In this document: positions 7,288 to 20,525 of the stretch, piece after piece
How the letters are laid out: every line of letters begins with the position of its first letter
Numbering within the stretch: the stretch's first letter is position 1
Source of the DNA: Rhodanobacter sp.
GTDB taxonomy: Bacteria > Pseudomonadota > Gammaproteobacteria > Xanthomonadales > Rhodanobacteraceae
Assembly: GCA_004298505.1 (NCBI GenBank)
Contig: SCRO01000023.1
Location: forward strand, 9,033-73,032
DNA: 64,000 nucleotides
Direction: 5' to 3'
Notes under the pieces: model-generated
Told to the model about the DNA's origin: nothing
Database searches by the model: none
Seen by the model: only the letters and a program-made list of their open reading frames with translations
Program-made: the position numbers and the translations under genes

Positions 7288-8372
7288 GGTAACGCCACCG
7301 GATAGGAACCCAGCACGCGGACCGTCGCGGCGGATTCGCCGATGTCATGGACGGCGGCCTGCAGCGCATCGCCTTCGATATGCCCGGAGACGTCGATGAA
7401 GAACGCGTACTGCCACTTGCCGGTATGCGCCGGGCGCGATTCGATCCGGTTCAGGCTGACGCCATGCTTCGCGAACGGGCTGAGCACGTCGTACAACGCA
7501 CCGGGCTTGTCGTTAACGGTGATCAGCAGCGAGGTGCGATCGTTGCCCGACGGCGGAAACAGCGATCGGCCGATCACCAGGAAGCGGGTGGTGTTGTCGG
7601 CGCGATCCTCGATGCCGCTGGCCACAGTCTTGAGCCCGTAGATCTTGCCGGCCGTCTCGCCGGCGATCGCCGCCGAGTCGTCGGCATGCCGGGCCAGTCG
7701 GGCCGCCTCGGCATTGCTGCCGACCGCGATGTACTCGACGTTGGGCAAGTTGACGCGTAGCCAGGTCTTGCACTGCTGCAGCGACTGCGCGTGTGCAAAG
7801 ACGCGCTTGACGTCCTCCGCCCTGCCGCCCAGCGAATGCAGGCACTGATGTACGCGCAGCTCCACCTCGCCACAGATCGTGGCCTCGGCGGTGAGGAACA
7901 TGTCCAGCGTCATCTGGATCATGCCCTGCCCCGAGTTCTCCACCGGCACCACGCCGAAGTCGGCATGCCCGGCAGCAACCTCCTGGAACACTTCCTCGAT
8001 GCTGCCCAGTGGCAGGCCGTAGGCGGCGTGGCCGAAGTGCTTGTGCACGGCCTGCTCGCTAAACGTGCCCTCCGGCCCCAGGAAACCGATCTTCAGCGGG
8101 TCCTCCTGGGCCAGGCACGACGACATGATCTCGCGGAACAGGCGCACCATCTCGACGTCCGACAACGGCCCCTGGTTGCGGTCCACCACCATGCGCAGCA
8201 CGTGCGCCTCGCGTTCAGGGCGGTAGTAGTCGATCGCTGAAAGCCCCTCCCCCTTCACCTTCGCCACCGTCCGCGCATGATTCGCGCGCTCGGAGATCAG
8301 CTGCTGGATCTGCCGGTCGATGCTGTCGATGCATTCGCGCATCTCGCTCAGCGGGGCTTTCGAATCGCTCAT
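7284..8372 (-). CDS. pheA: Chorismate mutase/prephenate dehydratase
   Basis: CM domain, LGPEGTFSE, PVENS, NTTRF, IESRP ACT domain. Confidence 0.97.
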   Translation of the reverse strand: MSDSKAPLSEMRECIDSIDRQIQQLISERANHARTVAKVKGEGLSAIDYYRPEREAHVLRMVVDRNQGPLSDVEMVRLFREIMSSCLAQEDPLKIGFLGPEGTFSEQAVHKHFGHAAYGLPLGSIEEVFQEVAAGHADFGVVPVENSGQGMIQMTLDMFLTAEATICGEVELRVHQCLHSLGGRAEDVKRVFAHAQSLQQCKTWLRVNLPNVEYIAVGSNAEAARLARHADDSAAIAGETAGKIYGLKTVASGIEDRADNTTRFLVIGRSLFPPSGNDRTSLLITVNDKPGALYDVLSPFAKHGVSLNRIESRPAHTGKWQYAFFIDVSGHIEGDALQAAVHDIGESAATVRVLGSYPVALP

Positions 8373-8448
8373 GTGGTTTGGCCGCCTAGATGGAAAGAAG
8401 TCCGTTCATGCATCGGTATCTTGCCTGAAGAATACCGTGCCCGGCTAC

Positions 8449-9534
8449 TCAACCATGCCGCTGTGCAAAGTCGCGCATGAACCCGGCAAGCGCCTGCACT
8501 GCCTCCATCGACACCGCGTTGTACAGCGATGCACGCATTCCGCCGACCGCCTTGTGCCCCTTCAAGGCGAGCAGGCCGGCAGCTTCGGACTCCTGAAGAA
8601 AAACTGCATCCAGTGCGTTGTCGTGCAGGGTGAACGGTACATTCATGCGCGAGCGTGCGCCGGGTTCGATCGGATTGTGGTAATAACCCGCGGAACCGTC
8701 GATCGCCTGGTACAGCCATTCGGCCTTGGCCCGGTTGTGCTGCGCCATTACGCCAAGCCCACCCAGCGCCAGCAGCCACTGAAAGGTCAGCCCGGCCAGG
8801 TACCAGCCCCACGTATTGGGTGTATTGAGCATCGAATTGTTGGCCGCATGTTCGGCGTAGCGGAAGATCCGCGCCATCGGTCTGCCCGGGCGCTGCAGCA
8901 GGTCGCGCCGGACGATCACCAGCACCAGTCCGGAGGGACCGATGTTTTTCTGGGCACCAGCATAGATCAGCCCGAAGCGGCTGACGTCCAGCGGTTCAGA
9001 CAGGATGTTCGAAGACATGTCGGCAACCAACGGCACCGCGCCGACGTCGGGGATGTCATGGAACTCGACCCCGTGGATCGTCTCATTGGAGGTGTAGTGC
9101 ACGTAGGCAGCCTGCGGGTCGAGTTGCCAGCCTTCGCGTGGCGGCAGCCGCCGGTAACCGCCGTCCCTGGCGCTGGCGGCGACGTTGACCTTCACGTACG
9201 GCGCGGCTTCACTGATTGCCTTGGCACTCCAGTGTCCACTGTCGATATAGTCGGCGCTGTCGCCTTCAGCCACCAGATTCATCGGTATCTGCGCGAACTG
9301 CTGGGTGGCGCCGCCCTGCACGAACAGCACCGCATAGTCGTCCGGGACGGCCAACAAGGTACGCAGGTCAGCCTCGGCCTGCGCGGCCATGGCGATGAAG
9401 CGCTTGCCGCGATGCGACTGCTCCATCACCGAGGCGCCGCTGCCGTTCCAATCCAGCAATTCATCGCGGGCGCGTTCGAGTACCGCCGGCGGCAGCGCGG
9501 CCGGACCGGCACTGAAGTTCCAGACTCTGCTCAC
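8449..9534 (-). CDS. serC: Phosphoserine aminotransferase
   Basis: [38 protein letters not shown]. Confidence 0.98.
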   Translation of the reverse strand: MSRVWNFSAGPAALPPAVLERARDELLDWNGSGASVMEQSHRGKRFIAMAAQAEADLRTLLAVPDDYAVLFVQGGATQQFAQIPMNLVAEGDSADYIDSGHWSAKAISEAAPYVKVNVAASARDGGYRRLPPREGWQLDPQAAYVHYTSNETIHGVEFHDIPDVGAVPLVADMSSNILSEPLDVSRFGLIYAGAQKNIGPSGLVLVIVRRDLLQRPGRPMARIFRYAEHAANNSMLNTPNTWGWYLAGLTFQWLLALGGLGVMAQHNRAKAEWLYQAIDGSAGYYHNPIEPGARSRMNVPFTLHDNALDAVFLQESEAAGLLALKGHKAVGGMRASLYNAVSMEAVQALAGFMRDFAQRHG

Positions 9535-9615
9535 GTAGACGTGCTTCCTGTCGAGATGGTTTGGACATTATGCCGCGGCGCAGCATGTACCCGTCAACTG
9601 CCGGGGAGTAGGAGC

Positions 9616-10386
9616 TCAGAAACGAATCAGCAGCACCAACGCGATCCCGAGGGCCAGCACCGCGGCGGTGACGATCAGCCACCACACCTCGCCTATGGGT
9701 CCGGCCGCCGCTTCCGGCAGATTCGTCGTCGTCCGCTCGTCCAGTAGTACCGTCCCGGGCTCCGCTTCGGTGCCCGGGGCTTCCAGCACGAAACGGTGCA
9801 TGGCCACGCCGATCTGGTCGCCTGGCAGCAGTGCGACATTCTGCACGACAACGCCATTGACACGCACTGGATGGCGTGACGATCGGCAGATGTCCTCCAG
9901 CAGGATCCGGCCCTCCTTCCAGCGGACTCGCAGGCCCACTGCCTCACCCTGGACCGGACCCAGCGCGCAGCTTCCGCCGGGGCCAAGTTCCAGACTGTAC
10001 CGCAGAGGCAGAACGCGCCCGGAGAGCGGACCGGCCACGGCACGCAAGGCTGCCGTGCAACACCCCTCCCCGGCGACCTTGTGGGGGGCACGCAAGGCCG
10101 GGTCCTCGTCGTCGCACAGCAACAGGCGGCAATCGCCGACACTCACCACGTCGCCCGCGCGCAGCAGCGCGCGTTCGCGTACCGGCCTGGCATTGACGTA
10201 GATCCGGTCTGCCGATGGCAACACCTGCACCACCCAGCCGCGGCGATCCTGCTCGATGCACAGGTGCTTGGCGGCCGCCTGGCTGGCGGCCAGCACCAGG
10301 TCATTGTCCGCAGCACTGCCAATGCACAATCGTGCCTGTGCCCAATGGAAATCCTCACGGGCCGCATTGGGGAATTCGATACGCAT
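9616..10386 (-). CDS. Tandem FHA-like domain protein with C-terminal membrane anchor
   Basis: Two FHA-shaped repeats (IGSAADNDLVL...YVNA...LRAGDVV and VRVNG...LLPGDQI); hydrophobic C-terminus WWLIVTAAVLALGIALVLLIRF. Confidence 0.8.
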   Translation of the reverse strand: MRIEFPNAAREDFHWAQARLCIGSAADNDLVLAASQAAAKHLCIEQDRRGWVVQVLPSADRIYVNARPVRERALLRAGDVVSVGDCRLLLCDDEDPALRAPHKVAGEGCCTAALRAVAGPLSGRVLPLRYSLELGPGGSCALGPVQGEAVGLRVRWKEGRILLEDICRSSRHPVRVNGVVVQNVALLPGDQIGVAMHRFVLEAPGTEAEPGTVLLDERTTTNLPEAAAGPIGEVWWLIVTAAVLALGIALVLLIRF

Positions 10387-10469
10387 GGCTGACCAGATCG
10401 ATGGATCGCGAAACTCTACCATGCAGGCGCATGGCATTAAGATGCAGTCTTCACCCCGGAAACACGCTC

Positions 10470-10745
10470 ATGCCCAGCATCGATATCCGTCGCCCGCACC
10501 AGTTGTCGATCACCGAGGCTCGCGCCGTGGTCGATCAGGTCGCCTCCCGCATGCGGGACAAGTTCGGCATGACCGGCCAGTGGCAGGGCGACACCCTGGG
10601 TTTTTCCCGCCCGGGTGTCAACGGTTCGATCGCGGTCGAGAGCGATGCGATCCAGGTGCGGGCACAGCTGGGGATACTGCTGACGCCGCTCAAGGGCATG
10701 ATCGAGCAGGAAATCCGGCGCAAGCTGGACGAGCACTTCACCTGA
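10470..10745 (+). CDS. Polyhydroxyalkanoate-system (PHA granule region) small protein
   Basis: MPSIDIRRPHQLS...W.GDTL.FSRPGVNGSI...LGILL...IEQEIRRKLDEHF resembles the PHA_gran_rgn family pattern. Confidence 0.8.
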   Translation: MPSIDIRRPHQLSITEARAVVDQVASRMRDKFGMTGQWQGDTLGFSRPGVNGSIAVESDAIQVRAQLGILLTPLKGMIEQEIRRKLDEHFT

Positions 10746-10843
10746 GCCGGCGCTTGTCTTGATGATTCTTTAACCAGCGAGCTGTTCGTGGCATAATAGT
10801 TGGCTTATGCAGCCGCCACGGTTGCGCGTGAAGCCCGGAACAC

Positions 10844-11062
10844 ATGGCCAAAGACGACGTCATCGAAATGGAAGGCACGGTCCAGGAGACCCTGCCCAAC
10901 ACCATGTTTCGCGTGCAACTGGAGAACGGGCACGTGGTTATTGCCCACATCTCCGGACGCATGCGCAAGCACTACATCCGCATCCTCACCGGCGACAAGG
11001 TGAAGATCGAGATGACCCCGTACGACCTGAGCAAAGGACGCATCACCTACCGCATGAAGTAA
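10844..11062 (+). CDS. infA: Translation initiation factor IF-1
   Basis: [11 protein letters not shown]...[20 protein letters not shown]...GRITYR. Confidence 0.99.
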   Translation: MAKDDVIEMEGTVQETLPNTMFRVQLENGHVVIAHISGRMRKHYIRILTGDKVKIEMTPYDLSKGRITYRMK

Positions 11063-11106
11063 CGTGGCAGGCGCACGGCGCCGTTGGTATCGGAGCAAAT
11101 CAGACA

Positions 11107-11137
11107 AGCAAAGGCGGCGCACTGCGCCGCCTTTGCT
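11107..11137. terminator. Bidirectional terminator between infA and clpA
   Basis: AGCAAAGGCGGCGC-act-GCGCCGCCTTTGCT, 14-bp perfect stem. Confidence 0.8.
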
Positions 11138-11164
11138 TTGCCTCCGGTTCGCCGAGAACGTTCG

Positions 11165-13435
<2,271 letters not shown>

Positions 13436-13500
13436 TCGGATCTCTCCACTTGACTTGTTGAGCGGCGTTGATTGCCGCGATGAGCACAAAATGGGGTTCG

Positions 13501-13827
13501 TCAGAGCTTTTCCATAGTGCACAACAACGGGTGCTGATGCGAACGTGAATACTCATTCACGTGGGTGACCTTGGTTTCCGCGACTTCGCGCGTAAACACT
13601 CCGCACACCCCGCGCCCGCGGGTGTGCACATGCAACATGACCTGCACCGCCTGCTCCTGGTCCAGATTGAAAAAGCCGCGCAGCACCTCTACCACGAAAT
13701 CCATCGGAGTGAAATCATCGTTCAGCAACAGCACCTGGAACAGGGGTGGTCGCGCCACCTCCGGCTTGGCGGTTTCAACCGCCAGGCCACGATCGCTGTC
13801 ATGCTCATGTTCGTTTTCGTGGACCAT
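13501..13827 (-). CDS. clpS: Clp protease adaptor ClpS
   Basis: [15 protein letters not shown]...MLHVH.GRGVCG...AETK...HPLLCTME. Confidence 0.97.
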   Translation of the reverse strand: MVHENEHEHDSDRGLAVETAKPEVARPPLFQVLLLNDDFTPMDFVVEVLRGFFNLDQEQAVQVMLHVHTRGRGVCGVFTREVAETKVTHVNEYSRSHQHPLLCTMEKL

Positions 13828-13945
13828 GGTTTCCCGAAGCGTGTTCTCTGGTACGAAGTATACGCCGCAGCGGATGCAGCCTGATGCGTCGATCCGTGCG
13901 TACAGGTAATGGCACAATAGACACTTTTCCAGACTCACCACACTC

Positions 13946-14431
13946 ATGAACGTCTCCATGCCCGGCGCCGGAATCTGGCGCCCACACGTTACCGTGGCCT
14001 GCGTGGTCGCCGATGGCGAGCGCTACCTGATGGTCGAGGAAGAGGTGTCCGGACGGGTCGTATACAACCAGCCGGCAGGCCATCTCGAAGATCGCGAGAG
14101 CCTCGTCGCCGCCGCCGTGCGCGAGACTCTGGAGGAAACCGGCTGGACGGTGGCGCTGCAGCACCTGATTGGCGTTCATCAATGGCGCAGTACCGAACAT
14201 GGCGAGGCGGTGGTTCGTTTCAGCTTTGCGGCCAGCACAACCGGCCACGACCCGAATCGCCCGCTCGACACCGGCATTCGCCGCGCGCTCTGGCTTAACC
14301 GCGCCGAGATCGCCGCGCTGGGTGACCGCCTGCGCAGCCCGCTGGTGCTGCTGAGCATCGACGCGTGGCTGGCCGGGCAACGCCTGCCATTGTCCAGCCT
14401 GGGCTATGTACCGGCAGGCGGATCGGCATGA
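13946..14431 (+). CDS. NUDIX hydrolase (NudJ-like)
   Basis: [17 protein letters not shown]...[10 protein letters not shown] Nudix box; ATGA overlap with mnmA. Confidence 0.9.
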   Translation: MNVSMPGAGIWRPHVTVACVVADGERYLMVEEEVSGRVVYNQPAGHLEDRESLVAAAVRETLEETGWTVALQHLIGVHQWRSTEHGEAVVRFSFAASTTGHDPNRPLDTGIRRALWLNRAEIAALGDRLRSPLVLLSIDAWLAGQRLPLSSLGYVPAGGSA

Positions 14432-15576
14432 AGGTAATGCTGGGCGTCTCCGGTGGTGTGGATTCGTCGGTGGCCGCCTTGCTGCTGCAACAGGCCGGCC
14501 ATCAGGTCGAAGGCCTGTTCATGCAGAACTGGGAGGAAGATGACCGCAACGGCCCGTGCACCAGCGACGTCGACCGCAAGGATGCCGTTGCCGTGTGCGG
14601 CCGCCTCGGCATCCCGTTCCATGCGCGTAATTTCGCGGCGAAATACTGGGACAGCGTGTTCGAGCACTTCCTGGCCGAATACCGCGCGGGCCGCACGCCC
14701 AACCCTGACGTGCTGTGCAATCGCGAAATCAAGTTCAAGACCTTCCTGGATGAGGCACGTGCGCTGGGGGCCGAGAAAATCGCCACCGGTCACTACGCAC
14801 GCATCGATTGTGTCGAGGGTCGATACCGCTTGCTGCGCGCGCTGGATGCCAACAAGGACCAGAGCTACTTCTTGCACGCCCTGGGCCAGCACGCGCTGGC
14901 CGCCACGTTGTTCCCGCTGGGTTCCATCGAGAAACCGCACGTGCGCAAGCTTGCCCGCAGTGCAGCGTTGCCGACGCATGCGAAAAAGGACTCCACCGGC
15001 ATCTGCTTCATCGGCGAACGCGATTTTCGCAGCTTTCTGTCGCAATACATCCCGGCCCGTCCCGGGCAAATGTGCACACCCGACGGGGCACTGATCGGCG
15101 AGCATCAAGGCATCATGTATTACACCCTGGGCCAGCGCAATGGCCTGGGCATCGGCGGCCGGCACGGTGCCAGTGGTGACGCCTGGTTCGTGGTGGGCAA
15201 GAATGTGCCGGCGAATGTGTTGTACGTTGCCCAGGGTGGCGAAAACCATTGGTTGCATTCCCGGCGGCTGCGCACCGAACCCCCGCACTGGATTGCCGGT
15301 ACCCCGCCAGCGGATGAGTTTCGCTGCACCGCGCGCACCCGCTACCGTCAGACCGACCAGGCCTGCGCCGTGAGCGTTGGCAAAGATGGGGTTGAGGTAC
15401 GCTTCGATGATACCCAACGCGCCGTGACCCCCGGACAATCGGTAGTCTTCTATGCTGACGATGTGTGTCTCGGCGGCGCCGTGATCATGGCCACCGATGC
15501 AGCCTATGGTGGCCTGCTGCCGACATTCACCCAAGCTGATCCACCCCACGACAGAGAATCCCGAACCCGTGTTTGA
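14428..15576 (+). CDS. mnmA: tRNA 2-thiouridine(34) synthase
   Basis: [43 protein letters not shown]. Confidence 0.98.
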   Translation: MKVMLGVSGGVDSSVAALLLQQAGHQVEGLFMQNWEEDDRNGPCTSDVDRKDAVAVCGRLGIPFHARNFAAKYWDSVFEHFLAEYRAGRTPNPDVLCNREIKFKTFLDEARALGAEKIATGHYARIDCVEGRYRLLRALDANKDQSYFLHALGQHALAATLFPLGSIEKPHVRKLARSAALPTHAKKDSTGICFIGERDFRSFLSQYIPARPGQMCTPDGALIGEHQGIMYYTLGQRNGLGIGGRHGASGDAWFVVGKNVPANVLYVAQGGENHWLHSRRLRTEPPHWIAGTPPADEFRCTARTRYRQTDQACAVSVGKDGVEVRFDDTQRAVTPGQSVVFYADDVCLGGAVIMATDAAYGGLLPTFTQADPPHDRESRTRV

Positions 15577-15586
15577 AACCTTTAGC

Positions 15587-16210
15587 ATGAACGAGGAGCG
15601 CGTGCTCGCCCTGGCGGGCCTGTTCCAGGCCTGCGCGTTGGCACAGCAGCTGGCCAACGACGGACGCTGCGACGATGCCGCGATGCAGGCCGGCGTGGCC
15701 AGCGTGTTCCGCATCGACGCGCCCTCAGTGGTGGCGGTGTATGACGGGGTATCGAACCTGCGCCTCGGCTTGCGCAAGCTGATCGCCCAGCTCAACGAAA
15801 GCGATCGCGACATGTCGATCACGCGCATGGTGGTGACGGTGATGCGGCTGGAGCGCAGCCTCTCCGGCCAGCCGGAATTGCTGGAGACGCTGCAGCAGGG
15901 CATCCTCGCCGCGCAGCGCCAGGTCGAACACTTCGGCCAGGACTCGTCCCAGGTGAGTGGTCGGCTGGCCGAGCTTTACGCTTCCACCCTGTCCACGCTG
16001 CGGCCACGGGTGCTGGTCAACGGCAATCCACAGCACCTGCAGCAGCCTGCGGTGGTCGAGAAAGTTCGCGCAAACCTGCTGGCCGCAGTGCGCTCGGCGG
16101 TGCTGTGGCGGCAGGTCGGCGGCCGCCAGTGGCAGTTGCTGCTGTACCGGCGCCAATGCGGCATGCTGGCGCGCGGCCTGCTTACCGGCGCCACGCTGGA
16201 TAACCGCTGA
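15587..16210 (+). CDS. hflD: High-frequency lysogenization protein HflD
   Basis: LALAGLFQA start, RANLLAAVRSAVLWRQVGG; follows mnmA. Confidence 0.93.
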   Translation: MNEERVLALAGLFQACALAQQLANDGRCDDAAMQAGVASVFRIDAPSVVAVYDGVSNLRLGLRKLIAQLNESDRDMSITRMVVTVMRLERSLSGQPELLETLQQGILAAQRQVEHFGQDSSQVSGRLAELYASTLSTLRPRVLVNGNPQHLQQPAVVEKVRANLLAAVRSAVLWRQVGGRQWQLLLYRRQCGMLARGLLTGATLDNR

Positions 16211-16248
16211 CGGCGGGGTTTCGCCTGCGGGCCAGCTGCGCATGAGAA

Positions 16249-16273
16249 AAAGCCCCGGCATGACCGGGGCTTT
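16249..16273. terminator. Terminator between hflD and gyrA
   Basis: AAAGCCCCGG-catga-CCGGGGCTTT. Confidence 0.8.
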
Positions 16274-16293
16274 CCTGTTTCATCACTGCAGGA

Positions 16294-18909
16294 TCACTCT
16301 TCCGCTGCAGGTGGGTTCACGCTCTCCGCGCCAGCATCACTCAGCGGTGCGTCACCATCGAGATCACCACCTTCCTCACCGTTGTTCTCTTCCGCGTCCA
16401 GGCGCATCACGCTGACCAGGACTTCATCGGCAGGCAGCTTGATCAGGGTGACGCCCTGGGTGTTGCGGCTCAGCTGCGAAACCTCCGCCACGCGCGTACG
16501 CACCAGCGTGCCCCGGTTGGAGATCAACATCAGCTCGTGCGCCGCGGTGACCTGCACCGCACCGACCAGCGCGCCGTTGCGCTCGGAGCACTGAATACCG
16601 ATCACGCCTTGGGTACCACGGCCCTTCTTGGTGAACTCGGCCAGTTCGGTGCGCTTGCCGTAGCCGCGTTCCGTCGCCGTGAGGATGTCACCTTCGGCCG
16701 CCACGATCAACGACACCACCTCGGCATCCTTGAGCAGCTTCATGCCGCGCACGCCGGCGGCGGTACGGCCCATCGAGCGAACGGTGTTCTCGTCGAAACG
16801 ATTGACCTTGCCGTTGGAGGCGAATAGCAGGATGTCGCTGTTGCCGTCGGTTAATTCGACATTGACCAGGGCGTCATCGTCACGCAGTTTGATCGCGAGC
16901 TTGCCTTTCTGCAGCTGGAATGCGAACTCGGTCAGCGGGGTTTTCTTGACCGTGCCAAGTTTCGTCGCGAAGAACACGAAGCGGTCTTGCGCATACTCGC
17001 GGATCGGCAACACCGCCTGCACCTTCTCGCCCTCGCCCAGCGGCAGCAGGTTGATGATTGGCTTGCCGCGCGCGCCGGGGCCGGATTCGGGAATCTGGTA
17101 GACCTTGAGCCAGTAGACCCGGCCGATGCTGGTGAACGCGAGCAAGGTGTCGTGCGTGTTGACCACCCACAACTGCTCGACCACGTCCTCGTCTTTCAGC
17201 GCGGAGGCAGAACGCCCCCTGCCACCACGCCGCTGCGAGCGATAGGTACTGGCCGGCTGGCGCTTGATATAACCGGTGAGCGAGAGCGTGACCACCATGT
17301 CTTCCGGCGCGATCAGGTCCAGTACATTGAGATCTTCCTGCGAATGCTGGATCTCGGTGCGGCGTGCATCGCCGAATTCCGTCTTGACCGCCTCAAGCTC
17401 CTCGCGGATCACTTCCAGCAAACGATTAGGGTTTTCCAGGATCTCGATCAGGCCGCGGATGGTGTCGAGGATCTGGCGGTATTCGTCCGAGAGCTTTTCC
17501 TGTTCCAGCCCGGTCAGGCGGTTCAGGCGCATCGCCAGGATTTCCAGCGCCTGCGCTTCGGACAGCTGATAACCGTCGCTTTTCAGCCCATCGCGCGGAT
17601 CCATGTCCTCCGGCCGCGAGGCATCGGCGCCGGTGGCGGACAACAACGCACGTACCAGCCCGGCGTCCCAGCGCCTCGAAACCATGCGTTCGCGTGCCTC
17701 GGCCGGCGAAGCGGAGGTCTTGATCAACTCGATCATTTCATCGATGTTGGCCAGCGCCACCGTGAGGCCTTCCAGGATATGCGCGCGGGCGCGCGCCTTG
17801 CGCAACTCGAAGATGGTGCGACGGGTGACCACCTCGCGGCGATGGCGAACGAACGCCTCGAGGATGTCCTTGAGGTTGAGTAGCTTCGGCTGGCCATCCA
17901 GCAGGGCCACCATGTTGATGCCGAAGGTAACCTGCAGCTGGGTTTGCTGGAACAGGTTGTTCAGCACCACGTCGCCCATCGCATCGCGGCGGATCTCGAT
18001 GACGACGCGCATGCCGTCCTTGTCGGACTCGTCGCGCAACTCGCTGATGCCGTCGAGCTTCTTTTCCTTGACCAGCTCGGCGATCTTCTCGATCAGCCGC
18101 GCCTTGTTCACCTGGTACGGCAGCTCGTGAATGAGGATCGTCTCGCGGCCGTTCGACTCGGTCTCGATCTCCGCCCTGGCGCGCACCAGGATGCGTCCGC
18201 GACCGGTGCGATAGGCCTCGATGATGCCGGACGAACCGTTGATGATGCCGTAGGTCGGAAAATCCGGACCCGGGATATAGTGCATCAGTTCGTCAATCGA
18301 GAGCGCGGGCTCGTCGATCAACGCGATCGTCGCCGCGATCACCTCGTTGAGATTGTGTGGCGGGATGTTGGTGGCCATGCCGACCGCGATGCCGGCGGAG
18401 CCGTTGACCAGCAGGTTCGGCACGCGCGAGGGCAACACTAGCGGCTCGCGCTCGCTCTCGTCGTAGTTGAAACCGAAATCGACGGTGTCCTTGTCGATGT
18501 CGGCCAGCAGCTCGTGGGTGAGCCGCGACATGCGCACTTCGGTGTACCGCATCGCGGCGGCATTGTCGCCATCGACCGAGCCAAAGTTGCCCTGGCCGTC
18601 GACCAGCATGTAGCGCAGCGAAAACGGCTGCGCCATACGCACGATCGCGTCATACACCGACTGATCGCCGTGCGGATGGTATTTACCAATGACGTCGCCG
18701 ACCACGCGCGCAGACTTCTTGTACGGCTTGTTCCACACGTTGCTCAGCTCGTTCATCGCGAACAACACGCGGCGATGCACGGGCTTCAGACCATCGCGAA
18801 CATCGGGAAGTGCGCGCCCCACGATCACGCTCATGGCGTAATCGAGATAGCTCTGGCGCATCTCGTCTTCGATGTTGACGCGAATGATTTCCTTGGCGTT
18901 TTCTGCCAT
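16294..18909 (-). CDS. gyrA: DNA gyrase subunit A
   Basis: [31 protein letters not shown], GyrA box QRRGGRG, C-terminal beta-pinwheel repeats. Confidence 0.99.
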   Translation of the reverse strand: MAENAKEIIRVNIEDEMRQSYLDYAMSVIVGRALPDVRDGLKPVHRRVLFAMNELSNVWNKPYKKSARVVGDVIGKYHPHGDQSVYDAIVRMAQPFSLRYMLVDGQGNFGSVDGDNAAAMRYTEVRMSRLTHELLADIDKDTVDFGFNYDESEREPLVLPSRVPNLLVNGSAGIAVGMATNIPPHNLNEVIAATIALIDEPALSIDELMHYIPGPDFPTYGIINGSSGIIEAYRTGRGRILVRARAEIETESNGRETILIHELPYQVNKARLIEKIAELVKEKKLDGISELRDESDKDGMRVVIEIRRDAMGDVVLNNLFQQTQLQVTFGINMVALLDGQPKLLNLKDILEAFVRHRREVVTRRTIFELRKARARAHILEGLTVALANIDEMIELIKTSASPAEARERMVSRRWDAGLVRALLSATGADASRPEDMDPRDGLKSDGYQLSEAQALEILAMRLNRLTGLEQEKLSDEYRQILDTIRGLIEILENPNRLLEVIREELEAVKTEFGDARRTEIQHSQEDLNVLDLIAPEDMVVTLSLTGYIKRQPASTYRSQRRGGRGRSASALKDEDVVEQLWVVNTHDTLLAFTSIGRVYWLKVYQIPESGPGARGKPIINLLPLGEGEKVQAVLPIREYAQDRFVFFATKLGTVKKTPLTEFAFQLQKGKLAIKLRDDDALVNVELTDGNSDILLFASNGKVNRFDENTVRSMGRTAAGVRGMKLLKDAEVVSLIVAAEGDILTATERGYGKRTELAEFTKKGRGTQGVIGIQCSERNGALVGAVQVTAAHELMLISNRGTLVRTRVAEVSQLSRNTQGVTLIKLPADEVLVSVMRLDAEENNGEEGGDLDGDAPLSDAGAESVNPPAAEE

Positions 18910-18980
18910 TGAGCGGCTTTCCTGTAGACGAAAAAGGGACGCTGGCGACGCATCTCAAACGCATGCGCGAGCGACTCGAA

Positions 18981-19050
18981 ATTAACCGGTTAATCATAGC
19001 ACGAACGACTACAAAACGACAGTATTTAATCCATTTAAATCAATGATTTA
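18981..19050 (-). promoter_or_regulatory. gyrA promoter region: extended -10, palindrome, IHF-consensus site
   Basis: TGC-TATGAT (18993-19001); palindrome ATTAACCGGTTAAT (18981-18994); AATCAA-tgat-TTA (19038-19050) matches WATCAANNNNTTR. Confidence 0.5.
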
Positions 19051-19461
19051 TGACGCCGTCTTGGGATGCTTGAAAAGCACTCGACGCGCTGTCGAGAAAT
19101 TCACCAGTGCGGCCAGCACGGAGCCTGCCGCCGCCGCGAGCGCCGGCCAGCGGTGAAAGCCTGGATAGTTCAGCAGCAACACTGCATAGACGCCGTAATT
19201 GACCAACGCGCCCAAGCTCATCAGTCCCATCCAGTGCAGCCACTCGGCGTGCGGCTTGCGACCGCTGTGGCGTGCCGCAAACGTATAACGTCGATTCCAC
19301 CACCAGGTGAATGTGGCGGCCAGCAGGAACGACAGCACGCGCGCCAGATACGGGTTCCAATGCGCAAAACTCACCAGCATCTGCACGATGCCGGCATCGA
19401 TCACCAACCCGCCTAGACCGCCCACGGCAAACAGGGCTATTTCGCGCGGCAGTCTCAGCAC
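19048..19461 (-). CDS. GtrA-family membrane protein
   Basis: [40 protein letters not shown]; GTG start overlaps the mtnA stop. Confidence 0.88.
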   Translation of the reverse strand: MLRLPREIALFAVGGLGGLVIDAGIVQMLVSFAHWNPYLARVLSFLLAATFTWWWNRRYTFAARHSGRKPHAEWLHWMGLMSLGALVNYGVYAVLLLNYPGFHRWPALAAAAGSVLAALVNFSTARRVLFKHPKTAS

Positions 19462-20474
19462 CCGAACATCGCCTGCATCGAGATGCCGTTCGGCCGCTCG
19501 ATTACGCCGCGCTCGGTGACGATGGCGTCGATTAGTTCTGCCGGTGTCACGTCGAACACCGGGTTCCATGCCTGTGCACCCGCGACCACCGTGCGTCGAC
19601 CGGCCGTACTCAACAGTTCAGCCGGGTCGCGCAACTCGATCTCGATTTCCTCGCCGGTACCGGTGACCATGTCCACCGTCGAAGACGGCGCCACCACCAT
19701 GAATTTCACGCCGTGATACCTGGCGCTAATGGCCAACTGGTAGGTGCCAATCTTGTTCGCGGTATCGCCATTGGCGGCGATCCGGTCGGCGCCGACGATA
19801 ACCCATTGCACGGCACCGGATTTCATCAGGTGCGCCGCTGCGGAATCGGCGATCAATTGGGCCGGAATCCCGTCCCGCACCAGCTCCCACATGGTAAGTC
19901 GTGCGCCTTGCTGCCACGGCCGGGTTTCCCCGGCGTAGACCCGTGCGATCCGGTTCGCGGCGACGCCCGCGCGGATCACGCCGAGCGCCGTGCCGTAGCC
20001 GGCCGTAGCCAGTGAGCCGGTATTGCAGTGGGTCAGCACGCCCGAGCCCGGCGCGATCAACGATGCGCCCAGCTTACCCATATGCCGGTTGGCTGCCAGA
20101 TCCTCGTCCTGGATGGCCTGTGCTTCACGCACAAGCGCCTCGGCATCGGCGCCGGCCGCGATGCGCTTCTTCATCCGATCCAACGCCCACATCAGGTTGA
20201 CTGCGGTGGGACGCGCTGCGCGCAAGCTGGCCAACACCGAGTCCAGCGGAACGCCTTGCTGCGCGGCCATCGCCACGCCCCACGCCGCGGCAATGCCAAT
20301 CGCCGGCGCGCCGCGCACGGCCAGATCGCGAATGCCTTCGGTCACCTGCGCTGCTTCGCAACAATCGATCCAGCGTTCCTCGCCAGGCAGCAGGCGCTGA
20401 TCGAGCAGGCGCAAGTGATTACCTTGCCACTGCACGGCGCGGATGGAATCGTGGGTTTCGGCGGATACGCTCAT
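19455..20474 (-). CDS. mtnA: S-methyl-5-thioribose-1-phosphate isomerase
   Basis: [58 protein letters not shown]. Confidence 0.97.
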   Translation of the reverse strand: MSVSAETHDSIRAVQWQGNHLRLLDQRLLPGEERWIDCCEAAQVTEGIRDLAVRGAPAIGIAAAWGVAMAAQQGVPLDSVLASLRAARPTAVNLMWALDRMKKRIAAGADAEALVREAQAIQDEDLAANRHMGKLGASLIAPGSGVLTHCNTGSLATAGYGTALGVIRAGVAANRIARVYAGETRPWQQGARLTMWELVRDGIPAQLIADSAAAHLMKSGAVQWVIVGADRIAANGDTANKIGTYQLAISARYHGVKFMVVAPSSTVDMVTGTGEEIEIELRDPAELLSTAGRRTVVAGAQAWNPVFDVTPAELIDAIVTERGVIERPNGISMQAMFGC

Positions 20475-20525
20475 CCGTCCATTATCGCCTGCCGCGCCAT
20501 GGTTGCGCACGGCAGGCGATCAGGC

